In this document: one piece after another, positions 12,772 through 26,383 of the stretch
Layout of the letters: each line of letters begins with the position of its first letter
How positions within the stretch are numbered: the stretch's first letter is position 1
NCBI GenBank assembly: GCA_964016885.1
Contig: OZ024743.1
Location: 177,506,001-177,570,000 of the forward strand
Length of the DNA: 64,000 bases
Direction: 5' to 3'
Source of the DNA: Eledone cirrhosa
Taxonomy: Eukaryota
The notes under the pieces: model-generated
The model's input: the letters and a program-made list of their open reading frames with translations, nothing else
What the model was told of the DNA's origin: nothing
Database searches by the model: none
Made by a program: the position numbers and the translations under genes

Positions 12772-12906
12772 ACGTTCGGAAATAAATTATATTAAACATA
12801 TTTAAATATGAAATAAGTATTCTTGTATTCTTCTATCTTTACCATTGCTTGGTGTAAATGATCTATATTTAAGTTTCATGTGTAAGCACGCACACACACA
12901 TACACC

Positions 12907-12968
<62 letters not shown>

Positions 12969-13257
12969 TATTTAAAAAAAATAAAAGTGTGACACACGAG
13001 TTGTGATATAGTAGGAAAAAGGAAAAAAAATGGTGACAAATTTTTCCCAGTGAAAAATAGTTTAATTAGGAATAAGTATAAATAGTAATAAGTATTAGTT
13101 AGTATTAAGTTTTTATCGGTTGCGCATTTCTTATGCTTTTCAAAAATAATTTTGAGATAGAGTGCTCGTAATTTTTGAAAAATCACGAGCACTCTTACTT
13201 TAGTCCAGAAATAGCCGTCGAAACGGCTTGAGCTCTGCCGTTGAGGTCATACTTTCT

Positions 13258-13311
<54 letters not shown>

Positions 13312-13316
<5 letters not shown>

Positions 13317-13540
13317 TAGTCTTTGTCTTAGATTCTTCCGGGCCGTTCGGCGCATCGAGCAGTAAGTACTCGCCAACGGTCACGATCAGCGGCAACTTTT
13401 TCGAGACCGTGCCAGATAATGTTGGCTGCCATCAGGTACTTCCAGAACGTTCGTTGCCAGGTGATCCTTGGGAAATCCCGCCTCCGTTTACCGACAGGCG
13501 AAGTCCAATACATGCGCATGACTCTCAGACATGACAACCC
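13312..13540 (-). mobile_element. 3' end of RTE-like LINE
   Basis: GKRRRDFPRITWQRTF...AADRDRWRVL C-terminal motif, then short taagac tail and (TA)n. Confidence 0.65.
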
Positions 13541-14077
13541 TTAATTGTAATTTTGTATATATTAACGGCCCCTTGATTGTTGAGCTAATTCAGTTGAATA
13601 GGCTCGGCTGCTATTTCTGGCTGTCGATGGTCCTATTCACGCCACTGGGATGACGTTGTGCAATGTATGTATTTAAAAAAAAAATGCAACAGTGGTTCGA
13701 GTCATTCACAGATTTGCATTTGCTTTGTAAACGCAGATGGTTATCTTTTTCTTTATTGGTGAACATCCAAGAATTTAACTGCTGTGATTTACGGATTAAT
13801 AGGTGAAATATATTTCTTACTTAAAGAAATATATACAAAGGAGATTAATCATTTTAAAAGGTATCTATATTTGAAGTCCTAGTTAAACTTTAATTAGTTA
13901 CCTACCTAGCTATGTGTGCCTATATTATTTACAAAGTATTCCCTGTGGTTGTTTCATATGTTTATTTTATGTATATATATATGTCAATCTATTTCTAGTT
14001 GATATGTAATGCTCGGATCTAATCTTTCAGCTTATTCTACGGTGGATATGGCGCATGTCTCTCAGACATTTAATTTT

Positions 14078-14159
<82 letters not shown>

Positions 14160-14164
<5 letters not shown>

Positions 14165-14910
14165 AAGAATCAAAGAACTGTTCAAAACATTTTTGTGCTT
14201 ACAACTGTTTCCTCCAAACCGAGGTTTGGATTCTTCGGAGCAATTTATTAATGAATGGACAGTTATATGACCTCCTTTTCACCCAAGAGACATACAGATA
14301 CATATGCAAATATTGTGGGTCAACATTCATTACAGCATTTAGAGTGGCAGTACACACTTAGAGATTACATTCATATTAAAAGGTACAATCAAAAATCAAA
14401 AATACAGGTTAAAATACAACATGAAAATAAGCGGTTATATAGTGCAAATGTTATATGCGTGGCAAGCACGTGCGTCTTGTTTATATAGTGTGGCAGAGAG
14501 TTACGTGTAGTAGAAGCACTTAGGTAGGTAAACAAGAGTGTTAGGTTAGTTGATCTGGGGGCAAATTCTTTATAATATTGTTATAGTCTGTGTGTGGAGA
14601 AATGATATAAGCATTAAAAATAGTGCAAGCTTTAAAAATATTAAAAGTATTGGAAATGCACAGCGAAGGGATGATATGGACTTCATGTACTTCGACATTT
14701 TCATAGTCAGGGGAGTGTATTTTTCAGATTATATGCCCCTCACATAATCCACGACAATTCGATATTGAGCGTTTGACAATCCAGTTAGAGAATCGTAGTC
14801 TGATGTTCTTTAGTTCAATACAGGAGGCTGTTACGTTTCGAGAATCGACATTGAATACTACCCGGAAGTGTGTGTGTGGCTAAGGGGAGTTAATGCATGA
14901 GGGGAGGTAA
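14160..14910 (-). mobile_element. Diverged 3' region of the 6531-11588 PLE family
   Basis: Shared blocks ccggaagtgtgtgtg..taaggggagttaatgc..gggaggtaact and hammerhead. Confidence 0.7.
14196..14242 (-). ncRNA. Hammerhead ribozyme motif, CCGAAGA core variant
   Basis: TGCT CCGAAGA A TCCAAAC CTCG GTTTGGA G GAAA CAGTTG TA AGCA. Confidence 0.7.
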
Positions 14911-14970
14911 CTCCGAGGTTTATATTACTAGCTAGTTATAGAAACCTCGGAGTAACCTCGGAGTTACCTC

Positions 14971-15030
14971 CATTTACCAGTGGTTTCTTGAAGGCAGATA
15001 TTTATATCTGTCTTCAGTCGTCAGAATAAA
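14971..15030 (-). ncRNA. Hammerhead ribozyme motif (same as 22330 and 23685)
   Basis: TTTATT CTGACGA long stem II GAAA CCACTGG TA AATG. Confidence 0.7.
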
Positions 15031-15388
15031 TAAATAAAATGGTGTGTTTATTAAATATGGATTTGAAAACAAAATTTAGGAAATATGAAAGTAAGGGTTT
15101 AGGGGAAAAAATATATATATAAATTGAGAACATAAACATACACACACACACAACCACGCGCTTATATGTAATAGTACGTAGACGTATACTTTCTCACAAA
15201 AGCGTTTTTGCGTCTACATTGAAATACGAACAGACACATAAATACATACACACACATATACACAAATATATATGCACCCATATATCTACACACAAATACA
15301 CACTTACATATATAAAAATGTATACACACACATACACACATAAAAACATACAAACACAAAAGGCTCTATACATACACGCACGTATACA

Positions 15389-15472
<84 letters not shown>

Positions 15473-15513
15473 TAAACACATACATATCCATACACACATA
15501 CACATACATGTAT

Positions 15514-15544
<31 letters not shown>

Positions 15545-15546
<2 letters not shown>

Positions 15547-15830
15547 CATGCACATATCAATATGTATAAACCATTGGAAAGTAGTTCAAAGGCAGGAATA
15601 ATTAAATAAATAAGATAAAAATAAATTCCAAAAATATATATGAAAATAAAAATAAAAATAAAAATAAAAATAAAAATAAAAATAAAAATAAAAATAAAAA
15701 ACAAATTATTTTGATTTTGATTTTGATTTTCTTATATATTTTTGGATTTTTTTTCATCTTATTTATTTAGTTATTCCTGTCTCTGAACTATTTTCCAATG
15801 GTTGTACATATTGATATGTGCATGTGCATG
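15545..15830. repeat. Imperfect inverted repeat around a (TAAAAA)n array
   Basis: catgcacatatcaatatgta...caggaataa vs ttattcctg...tacatattgatatgtgcatg. Confidence 0.7.
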
Positions 15831-15840
15831 TCTATATATA

Positions 15841-15887
<47 letters not shown>

Positions 15888-15891
<4 letters not shown>

Positions 15892-16062
15892 TGTGAGATG
15901 TGTAGAATGAAGGGAAGAGTAAAAGGATAAAAATAATAATAACAACACGAGAGAGAGTTACCTTGGGAGAGATTTAATAGTCCCTATATATACTCTCTCT
16001 CGTGTTGTTATTATTATTTTTATCCTTTTACTCTTCCCTTCATTCTACACATCTCACACATC
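15888..16062. repeat. Hairpin with ~70 bp perfect arms
   Basis: gatgtgtgagatgtgtagaatgaaggg...gagagagagt / actctctctc...cacatctcacacatc. Confidence 0.85.
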
Positions 16063-16231
16063 TTATACACACCACGCATCTCAACGTACACCCACTTACA
16101 TCTCTCTCTCCACCACCGGACCTTGTTACCCGGAGATTTACCCATTTGCTTTGTCGAGGCTTCCAAACGATATTTACTATATAGATATTTACTTATTGTT
16201 CCACAATGCTTCAAGCAAACTTCAATACTCT

Positions 16232-16299
<68 letters not shown>

Positions 16300-16306
<7 letters not shown>

Positions 16307-18628
16307 ATACTTTGGGAGGGTCATGTTGCCAATAAGAAACACACGCACCAGTCGCTTTCACTCCAATTTATTATAAATTTAAGAATTTATAAATTTCCGG
16401 TTGGCTGGTTGGTTCCACAACCGGACGGTTGTTCATATATTGTCAAAGTTCTTTCATTGAAATGTCTCCGGTTATATGTGGCAGCATAGAGGACCTCCTC
16501 AGCAGAATCAATGAAAATAACCGATCTAGGGACCTAACAGACTGTATAATAGGTAGTATGGAGGTTGTGTCCCTATACCCATCCATTGACGTGGATTTTG
16601 CTGTGGAGAAATGCGTAGAAATGATCAGTGAGAGCAATATTGAATTCCATGGGATTGATACCAGTGAGCTAGGACTCCTACTTAAACTTACCTATAGTAA
16701 TGATTATCTAGATACGTATGACCTTAGCAACCTCTGCCCCACAAGGCCAGCAAGAGGCAGACCACCTACCATTACCTCAATGGCCAAGAAAACCCACACA
16801 GAAAGATGGAACATGTGGACCAGAGCCATACGGACCCCCGAAAACCATGATGAACTGAAGAAAATGATTGCACATGCGGTGGGGGCCAGTATAAAACTAA
16901 CCCTGAAGGAACATATGTTCAAATTTAATGGAAAAACATATGCCCAAGAGGAGGGGGCAGCCATTGGTGTTAGCATTGCAGGTGACATAACTAACCTATT
17001 CATTGTATCGTGGGACAATAAACTTAAACTTAAACTTAAACTTAAAGAACAATTAGAAGACAGCAACCGCTTAACCCTGCTAATGTACTCTCGCTACGTT
17101 GATGACATAAACATGGTAGTAAAAACACCCCCACTAGAGAACAGTCAGGAATTAGAGAAAAACATCATGAAAAGCATCCAGCAAATAGCTAACTCCATCC
17201 ACCAGAGTATTATAGTTACTATAGACTACCCAAGCAAACACCCCAACCATTGATTACCTGTACTAGACACAGAGCTCTGGTTAGAAACCATTAATAACAA
17301 AAAACAAATCCTCCATTCCCATTATGCCAAACCCATGACTTCCAAATATCTGATCCACCGAAACTCAGCATACTGATTGCGGATTTAGTACAGGTGATGA
17401 GAAACGTGTCCCGCATGTGCAACCCCATAGAACTAGATAGACACATACAACACTTCATCTACCGTATGCAGTTCTCTGGTTACAATCAGAGGAGCCAGAA
17501 CCAAATGGGAAAAAAGGTAAATAATTATACAAATGGGACCTGCCCCTTGTAAAGGAGCAAATTTTTGAATAGAATAGAAAGAACTAGGAATATGGTTAAT
17601 AGTATAAACTCATGGTATGATAGCAATAAATACCAGAGTGTAATGTTCATCAATACAACCCCTAGAGATGAACTAGCTTACAAATTTAGAAGGGCCCTAG
17701 ATAAACTTAAACTAAATATTAAGATTGTGAAAAGACCAGGTACCTCCATAAAAACACTTATTAGTAATACATACCCTTTTCAAAGACTTCCCTGTATAGA
17801 TAAGAAATGCATAATCTGTAATCTAAGCCCCCATATTAACTTCAAAACTAGAAACATAGTATATAGCATAAGATGTACTGAGGGACAATGTAATGATAAG
17901 AATATAATGTACATAGGTGAGACTGCTCGTAGCATAGGACAACGATTAAATGAACACCGGCGGGAGCTTCAAGATAGAAAAGACTCATCAGTAATCCACT
18001 AACATGCTAAAATAGAACATAAGGGCAAATTAGAGAACAGAGATAAAAATAGAATCTACACACAGAAAAGACGCAATGTTTAGACAAATCACAGAGGCAA
18101 TAAACATAAATGAACTCCAACCAAAATTACATAGAAAACATGAATGGAATAACAACATCAGAACTTACAATTAAAGGCAAAATAAAAATACACACACATA
18201 GAACAAACAACCAACCGGTAACATGTAAATAACCAAATAAATAAACAAATAAAAACACACAGACACCCGGATGTAACACATGCGCAAACGAAACACACAA
18301 CACACACAAAAAAACCAAGATGGCGTAGGACAGAATAAAGGAGAGGCACAAAACAAAGAGAAGAATATCCAGTCACTGAAGAAGTCACAGCATGTGTGAC
18401 GAAAGAACTTTGACGATATATGAACAACCGTCCGGTTGTGGAACCAACAAACCAACCGGAAATTTATAAATTCTTAAATTTATGAATTTAATTTATAATA
18501 AATTGGAGTGAAAGCTACTGGTGCGTGTGTTTCTTATTGGCAACATGACCCTCCCAAAGTATAACAATATCGGTTTCAACACACGTTTTCAGATAAAGAA
18601 TCTTGGTAAACAAATTCAGAAACGGAAT
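16300..18628 (+). mobile_element. Naiad-like PLE (family A) with inverted copy of its own 3' end at the 5' side
   Basis: RT ORF 16429-17253 (SLYPSID, YSRYVDD), GIY-YIG ORF 17565-18002; 16300-16455 is the reverse complement of ~18401-18570; both ends in (TA)n. Confidence 0.85.
18372..18414 (+). ncRNA. Minimal hammerhead motif (family A)
   Basis: GTCA CTGAAGA A GTCACA gcatg TGTGAC GAAA GAAC TT TGAC. Confidence 0.6.
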
Positions 18629-18647
18629 ATATATATATATATATATA

Positions 18648-18782
<135 letters not shown>

Positions 18783-18794
18783 ATGTGTGTATGT

Positions 18795-21050
18795 GAAGAC
18801 ATTTTTAATTACTTTAATCTAAAAATAGAAATTGAGAACAACCATAGAATAGTCAATTTCCTAGATATAACATTAAATCTCAACACACGTCTTCACTATC
18901 CATTTCACAAGTTGAATGAAAACTTAAACTATGTCAGCTTTAACTCTAACCACCCCAGATCTGTTAAAAATACTATAGTAAACTCTGTTCAAAAACGTAT
19001 CTCTAGAATCTCGTCTAATAGAAAGATTTACGACGAAAAAGCCCAGTACTACAATGAAGCGTTAGCTAGAGCAGGATATAGTGATAAAATTATGTACATA
19101 GATAATGATAGACAAACTAAACAAAATAACAACTATTTTAATTACGGCCACAACCTTAACAACTATAATAGAAAGCATTACAATAATTCCAAAAGCCAAA
19201 AAAGAAGTAGAACTAGGAACATAATATGGTTTGCCCCCCTTTCTCACTAAACATTAAAACCCACATCGCTAAACTATTTTTTAAAGCTCTTGATAATCGC
19301 TTCCCTAGAACACATAGGTATCACTCAATTTTCAATAGACATACTATAAAATTAACCTACTCATCCACCAAAAATTTAGCACAAAATATTAATAGAATAA
19401 ATAATAGGAACTTAAAACCTAGCGATTATAGCATAAATAATATACAAGTTAACAAATGTAACTGTAGAGATAGATCTAAATGTCCGTTAAATAACAACTG
19501 CTTAGTTAAAAATATAATATACAACTGTAATGTTAAAACGGACTCTAATTCTTTTAACTACGTTGGTTCCACATCGACGGAATTTAAACTTCGCTATAAT
19601 AACCACAAGAATTCTTTCACAGATCCAAGCAAAAAATCTTCAACAGTACTATCAGGCGTACTCTGGCAACTTAGGCAAGATAGCGTTAGATATTCGACGG
19701 CTTGGAATATAGTCTCAAGAGGGATTCCTTTTAATTCATCCTCTGAGACATGTGACCTCTGCGCGGAGGAGATATTCTTTATACTAAAATCTAAAAATTC
19801 CCTTAATCTACGGACAAATTTATTCAGTTGCTGCAAACATAGATTGAACTCAACTTTTAAATATAAATTTAAATTTAAAATGTAGTATATTTAGTTTGAT
19901 TTGTAATTATTTAGGAAACTAGCCGATAAATCTTTCGATTTCTTCTTTTTATTCTTCTTTTTATTTTTATTTTAATTTTATTTTAAACATTCTTCATGAA
20001 AAATTAAACTACCCTAAAAGTTGATGCTCCAAATATATCGAATAAATGTTACACTAGATAAACTTCTATATTAAATATAAGAACATATGTAGACTAAATG
20101 GGTATCCTAAACTTTTGAAATGATTTCTGCTAGACGTGATTTGGTAAATAATTTTTAGTTTTATCTGTTTTCGACTCTGGTGCTTATAATGAACTTGGCA
20201 ATATATTGTCAATTAATTTTGAAGGGTTGATCTTTGTGGTCGATTTGCGTGGCATACTATGTTTTTATTTTTATTATTTTAATATTTTTTAATATTTTTA
20301 ATATTTTTATTTTTAATATGTAATATTTTTTAGTTTTCTGTTTTATTTATTTATTATTATCATTTTTTGTTTTTGTTTCTGATATTTTTATTAATATATT
20401 GAAATCTGTTCTCTATTTCTGCTTGATAGATAATCATGTAGAGTAAAGACAAGAATAGTATTGTTAAAATTAATATAGACTCTATATATATGTGTATATA
20501 TACACATATATGTATACTTAAATTTTGATAGCACAATGAGAATGTTCTCCGTGTGAAATAGGGGTTTGCAAAGTTGATCACGTAAATTCACATCGATGTT
20601 TGTAGTTATCATATAAACATATGAATTTTTAAAACTAGACATAAGATCATTACTTTTCACACATTATAGATACGTGTCTCATTCAGGAATACTGATATTT
20701 ACATTATAGTGCCTGGTTTTTATACGAACTAATATTTTTAAATTCTGCCTCGCCTATGTCTGGTTACTTTTCATTTTTCTCTATATATAACGGCTGGTTT
20801 CTTTCCTAACCACATATATCTCCCTTACATTAATACTTGAGCTAAATAAATAAATAAATAAATAAATGTATCATTGATACGTCGTTCAACTACCTACTTT
20901 TCTCTATATATATCTATCTCTATCTATTTCCTCTCTCTATATATCTCTCTCTGTTTCTTTACATGAAGTTCTTCTCTTTATCTATCTTTCCATCTCTCTA
21001 TTTAGTTGCATGCATTTCTTCTTTTTCTTCGTTTTCTTTCTTTCTTTCCT

Positions 21051-21081
<31 letters not shown>

Positions 21082-21281
21082 GTTTACAATTTTTCACTGC
21101 CAAATCAACTTTTCAAATACAAGTCGATGTTGAACGGTATGTCAAATCTATTTGTTTATAAAACTGTCAATATTGTATTTTGTCTGAAGAAGGCATAACA
21201 TATTGTTAATATGATATCCCTGAAATATATATAATGAAATAAATATGGTTTTATAAATATAGTTTCCATTTATTTAATATC

Positions 21282-21283
<2 letters not shown>
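18795..21283 (+). mobile_element. PLE (YRDD/Nematis-like type), 5'-truncated: RT thumb, GIY-YIG, long AT-rich 3' region
   Basis: VNFLDITLNL, SNHP, RNIIWF then 19226-19885 CNCR..CPL, YVGSTS, CDLC; terminal hammerhead; homologous to 37482-40015. Confidence 0.85.
21176..21241 (+). ncRNA. Hammerhead ribozyme motif
   Basis: TATTTTGT CTGAAGA AGG..CCT GAAA TATATA TA ATGAAATA; stem I pairs with two G-U. Confidence 0.65.
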
Positions 21284-21366
<83 letters not shown>

Positions 21367-21959
21367 TATATAACAAACCTGGACCCTTGGAATTGATGGT
21401 AAAATCCAGTACAGGGTTTCTGTGACACCTCAATCAATAATACTGTCTGCTTAAAACAATAAGCTTTTGGTATAATGATCGAACGAGGAATATCACATTA
21501 TCACAGGTATTTTGTTCAGCGCCAGTGTTATGGATGGCACAGTGTTTTGTAAAAGCACATGCGTAACTCATAGGGGAAAAACCCTAGATTTGGCAAATGA
21601 ATTCAGTATGTGTAAATCACTGCAAAAACTTGCATAAATAGCACAGATCGAATAAACTCTCGACCGGGTAGTTTTTAAAATAAACTTATGCAATTAATCT
21701 GTCAATATAATTATTAACAGGTTAATTGTAAAACTCGGGAGATTAATACAAATATAAATTCAGCGAGAATCGCATTTCGGCGGGTAGAAAAATACGAAAC
21801 GTAACGCAAATTCCGAGTCGTGCTGGCAAGCGGTCCATGGGCTAAGAAAGACCATATATATATATGGTCTTTCTTATATATACCGGAGGTATATGGTCTT
21901 TAAAGTGATGAAATACCAATGAAGGTTGGAAGTTCACTGATGAAGGACTAACTTTATTC

Positions 21960-22076
<117 letters not shown>

Positions 22077-22329
22077 TGTATGTGCGTGTATGTATAGGGC
22101 CTTTTGTGTTTGTATGTATGTGTGTATGTGTGTCTATACATTTTTATATATGTGAGTGTGTACATATATGGGTGCATATATATTTGTGTATTTGTGTGTG
22201 TATGTATTTATGTGTATGTATTTATTTCCATGTAGACGCAAATACGCTTATGTGAGAAAGTATACGTCTACGCACTATTACGTATAAGCGCGTGGTTGAG
22301 TGTTTGTATGTTTAGGTTCTGGATATTTA

Positions 22330-22391
22330 TTTATTCTGACGACTGAAGACAGATATAAATATCTGCCTTCAAGAAACCACTGGTAAATGAA
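22330..22391 (+). ncRNA. Hammerhead ribozyme motif
   Basis: TTTATT CTGACGA C TGAAGACAGATAT aa ATATCTGCCTTCA A GAAA CCACTGG TA AATGAA. Confidence 0.75.
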
Positions 22392-22598
22392 ATAATTATC
22401 TTATGTTGTTTATATATAACTAATATATATATATATATATATAAGTAAGATGTATGGTAGGTCGTATGTGAATCGCGATGATCACGTCTGACCTACCAAA
22501 TATGTGATGGTAGCTAGTTAAGCTCTATGCGTATACGCAGAGCAGAAATATTAGTGAAAAAGAACAAAGGAACTATTATGACATTATAACAAGTTTAT

Positions 22599-22645
22599 TG
22601 CCGACAGCCGTTTCGTCCGACCATATGGTGGGACTTTTCAAGGCA
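22599..22645 (-). ncRNA. Hammerhead ribozyme motif, U3-A8 variant
   Basis: TGCC TTGAAAA GTCC..GGAC GAAA CGGCTG TC GGCA ATAAA. Confidence 0.75.
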
Positions 22646-23434
22646 TATAACATGTGATTGTAAGATCATTATTTACATCAACGTATCACTCAAGGCTAGC
22701 AGTTTGAAATTGTGGTATACATCACCAGCTCCGCTTGTATAGTTGGGGTCTATATTCTAAGGGGGCTCTTTTATATTAGTTGTCGGGGTCAGCGATTGAA
22801 GGTTAAAAATTAGATAATATATAATTTACGCATTAACAGTAAACTAAAAGACTTGGGATCCCGTAGAAGCACCTTAAAAAATCCCTCAATAAGTGCATAA
22901 AGCTTACAGGCTCCAATAAACCTAATAAACTAGAAGAAATTAAGAGGCTAATAAAATGGTTTTGATATTCCCTACTTAGTAGGAATATCAAAACTTCGTA
23001 AGTTTTCTGAAATTTGTAAACATGATCTCGGGGAAAGAAAGTTTTCTTCTTTCGGGAAAAAAATTTTTTTATCTCGAAGGAATTTCATAGGAAACTTTAT
23101 ATTTTTTAGGGAAACTTTATATTTTCGTTTTTTATTTTATTAGTCTCTTAATTTCTTCTAGTTTATTAGGTTTATTGGAGCCTGTAAGCTTTATGCACTT
23201 ATTGAGGGATTTTTTAAGGTGCTTCTACGGGATTCCAAGTCTTTTAGTTTACTGTTAATGCGTAAATTATATATTATCTAATTTTTAACCTTCAATCCCT
23301 GACCCCGACAACTAATATAAAAGAATATAGACCCCAACTATACAAGCGGAGCTGCTGATGTATACCACAATTTCAAACTGCTAGCCTTGAGTGATACGTT
23401 GATGTAAATAATGAACTTACAATCACATGTTATA

Positions 23435-23481
23435 TGCCTTGAAAAGTCCCACCATATGGTCGGACGAAACGGCTGTCGGCA
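23435..23481 (+). ncRNA. Hammerhead ribozyme motif, U3-A8 variant
   Basis: TGCC TTGAAAA GTCC caccatatggtc GGAC GAAA CGGCTG TC GGCA ATAAA. Confidence 0.75.
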
Positions 23482-23684
23482 ATAAACTTGTTATAATGTC
23501 ATAATAGTTCCTTTGTTCTTTTTCACTAATATTTCTGCTCTGCGTATACGCATAGAGCTTAACTAGCTACCGTCACATATTTGGTAGGTCAGACGTGATC
23601 ATCGCGATTCACATACGACCTACCATACATCTTACTTATATATATATATATATTAGTTATATATAAACAACATAAGATAATTAT

Positions 23685-23746
23685 TTCATTTACCAGTGGT
23701 TTCTTGAAGGCAGATATTTATATCTGTCTTCAGTCGTCAGAATAAA
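23685..23746 (-). ncRNA. Hammerhead ribozyme motif
   Basis: Reverse complement of 22330-22391. Confidence 0.75.
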
Positions 23747-23991
23747 TAAATATCCAGAACCTAAACATACAAACACTCAACCACGCGCTTATACGTAATA
23801 GTGCGTAGACGTATACTTTCTCACATAAGCGTATTTGCGTCTACATGGAAATAAATACATACACATAAATACATACACACACAAATACACAAATATATAT
23901 GCACCCATATATGTACACACTCACATATATAAAAATGTATAGACACACATACACACATACATACAAACACAAAAGGCCCTATACATACACG

Positions 23992-24084
<93 letters not shown>

Positions 24085-24301
24085 GAATAAAGTTAATCCT
24101 TCATCAGTGACTTTCCAACCTTCATTGGTATTTCATCACTTTAAAGACCATATACCTCCGGTAGGTGCAAGCAACGGCTAAAGAAAGTCGTTGGGACACG
24201 TAAATAAGGGGAACGAGCGAGACTGTAAACAATCAAAGATGCTACTGCAACGAAAAGTGAGGAAGAAAGATATATATATATATATATATATATAAGAAAG
24301 A

Positions 24302-24391
<90 letters not shown>

Positions 24392-24557
24392 TCTTTCTTA
24401 GCCCATGGACCGCTTGCCAGCACGACTCGGAATTTGCGTTACGTTTCGTATTTTTCTACCCGCCGAAATGCGATTCTCGCTGAATTTATATTTGTATTAA
24501 TCTCCCGAGTTTTACAATTAACCTGTTAATAATTATATTGACAGATTAATTGCATAA

Positions 24558-25122
24558 CTACTAAGTAGGGAATATCAAAACTTCGTAAGTTTTCTGAAAT
24601 TTGTAAACGTGATCTCGGGGGAGAAAGTTTTCTTCTTTCGGGAAAAAAAATTTTTTCTCTCGAAGGAATTTCATAGGAAACTTTATATTTTTTAGGGAAA
24701 CTTTATATTTTTATTTTTTATTGTATTAGCCTCTTAATTTCTTCTAGTTTATTAGGTTTATTGGAGCCTGTAAGCTTTATGCACTTATTGAGGGATTTTT
24801 TAAGGTGCTTCTACGGGATCCCAAGTCTTTTAGTTTACTGTTAATGCGTAAATTATATATTATCTAATTTTTAACCTTCAATCGCTGACCCCGACAACTA
24901 ATATAAAAGAGCCCCCTTAGAATATAGACCCCAACTATACAAGCGGAGCTGGTGATGTACACCACAATTTCAAACTGCTAGCCTTGAGTGATACGTTGAT
25001 GTAAATAATGATCTTACAATCACATGTTATATGCCTTGAAAAGTCCCGCCATATGGTCGGACGAAACGGCTGTCGGCAATAAACTTGTTATAATGTCATA
25101 ATAGTTCCTTTGTTCTTTTTCA

Positions 25123-25127
<5 letters not shown>
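24558..25127 (+). repeat. Third copy of the central pLTR-like unit (direct repeat of ~22975-23531)
   Basis: Starts ctactaagtagggaatatcaaaac, ends cactaatat then (TA)n. Confidence 0.85.
25032..25078 (+). ncRNA. Hammerhead ribozyme motif, U3-A8 variant
   Basis: TGCC TTGAAAA GTCC..GGAC GAAA CGGCTG TC GGCA ATAAA. Confidence 0.75.
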
Positions 25128-25214
<87 letters not shown>

Positions 25215-25441
25215 GGTTTGTTGGTTCACCACTGGATAGAACTGGTCATTCCGTATGGTCAACCTCGATGTAATATGATAGAGAGTACTGAACGTAATGC
25301 AACTCACCCGTCTTTGTTTGTGTAGTTGGTGGTACGAAGGCGGGCGACCGGGGTAGAAGCTGGTAAATGTTTGGTCGCCCTCATGTGTCTGTCTTTCAGC
25401 CCCAATAATTTTGTCTATTATATTCCTTTGTTATATTTTGA

Positions 25442-25499
25442 ATACCTGATGATCTCACCGGATCCATACTGAACCCGGTCTTTGAAATGATCATAGTAT
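25442..25499 (+). ncRNA. Hammerhead ribozyme motif in a short solo terminus between (TA)n tracts
   Basis: ATAC CTGATGA tctc ACCGG..CCGGT cttt GAAA TGATCA TA GTAT AATAAA; base of stem II mismatched. Confidence 0.6.
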
Positions 25500-25543
25500 A
25501 ATAAACCTTTTTAGGAATCACACCAGTCCAGCCACCTGTTATT

Positions 25544-25601
<58 letters not shown>

Positions 25602-25731
25602 AATAAATATATTAAGTCTCTAAGGAAATATCATTGTTAAATTAAACACTTCTTTCTTAATATTTTCGTGTGAATATTGTTCAAGAAAATGTGTATTTGG
25701 TTTCTAGCAAAACGCATTTACATAGCTTGCT

Positions 25732-26203
25732 TCTTGGAATCGATTAGAAAAGCTCAACCTTTATTCTCTCCAACGTCGCCGTGAGCGCTACATTATCTGC
25801 ATGGTGCGGAAAATATTCCATCAATTTTGTTCAAATTTGTTGGCGTCACCTTTAATATACACCCAAGGCTTGGGCCCTGCGCTATCCGCCCACGATAAAA
25901 ATCTCACTTGGATCTCATAACAACAATACTGCACAATTTTTTCCCCTCAATTGGCCCTGCTCTGTTTAACATTACACCAAAACACATCAAAACATAAACA
26001 GACCCCATCAAGTTCAAGAAGTCTTTGGAAAAATTCTTCAAGAAATCCTGGATATGCCTCCCTCCGTAAACAATAACTCTCTGCTCGAGTGGGCTATGGT
26101 GACCAAACCCTGATTTGTAAGACTTCGCCAGGTGGTGCTATTAAGTTAGACATACATGGCCTGGGCCAAAACTGGCCGAAACCTATCAAAGTTATCAAAG
26201 TTA
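25732..26203 (+). mobile_element. 5'-truncated LINE 3' end (CR1/Jockey-group-like)
   Basis: KLNLYSLQRRRERY and GPALFN..P..IK motifs; (atcaaagtt)n tail. Confidence 0.65.
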
Positions 26204-26287
26204 AAATTATATATATATATAATATACACGCATACATATAGTTCTTAAACCCATAAACCCTGCTCAGTTATCTATCCTATCTATCAA

Positions 26288-26380
<93 letters not shown>

Positions 26381-26383
<3 letters not shown>

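Noticed and set aside
17251-17253. In-frame TGA in Naiad-like RT as selenocysteine
   Set aside because: The sister copy has CAA (Gln) at this position, not Cys; no SECIS recognised; the copy has other disabling mutations.
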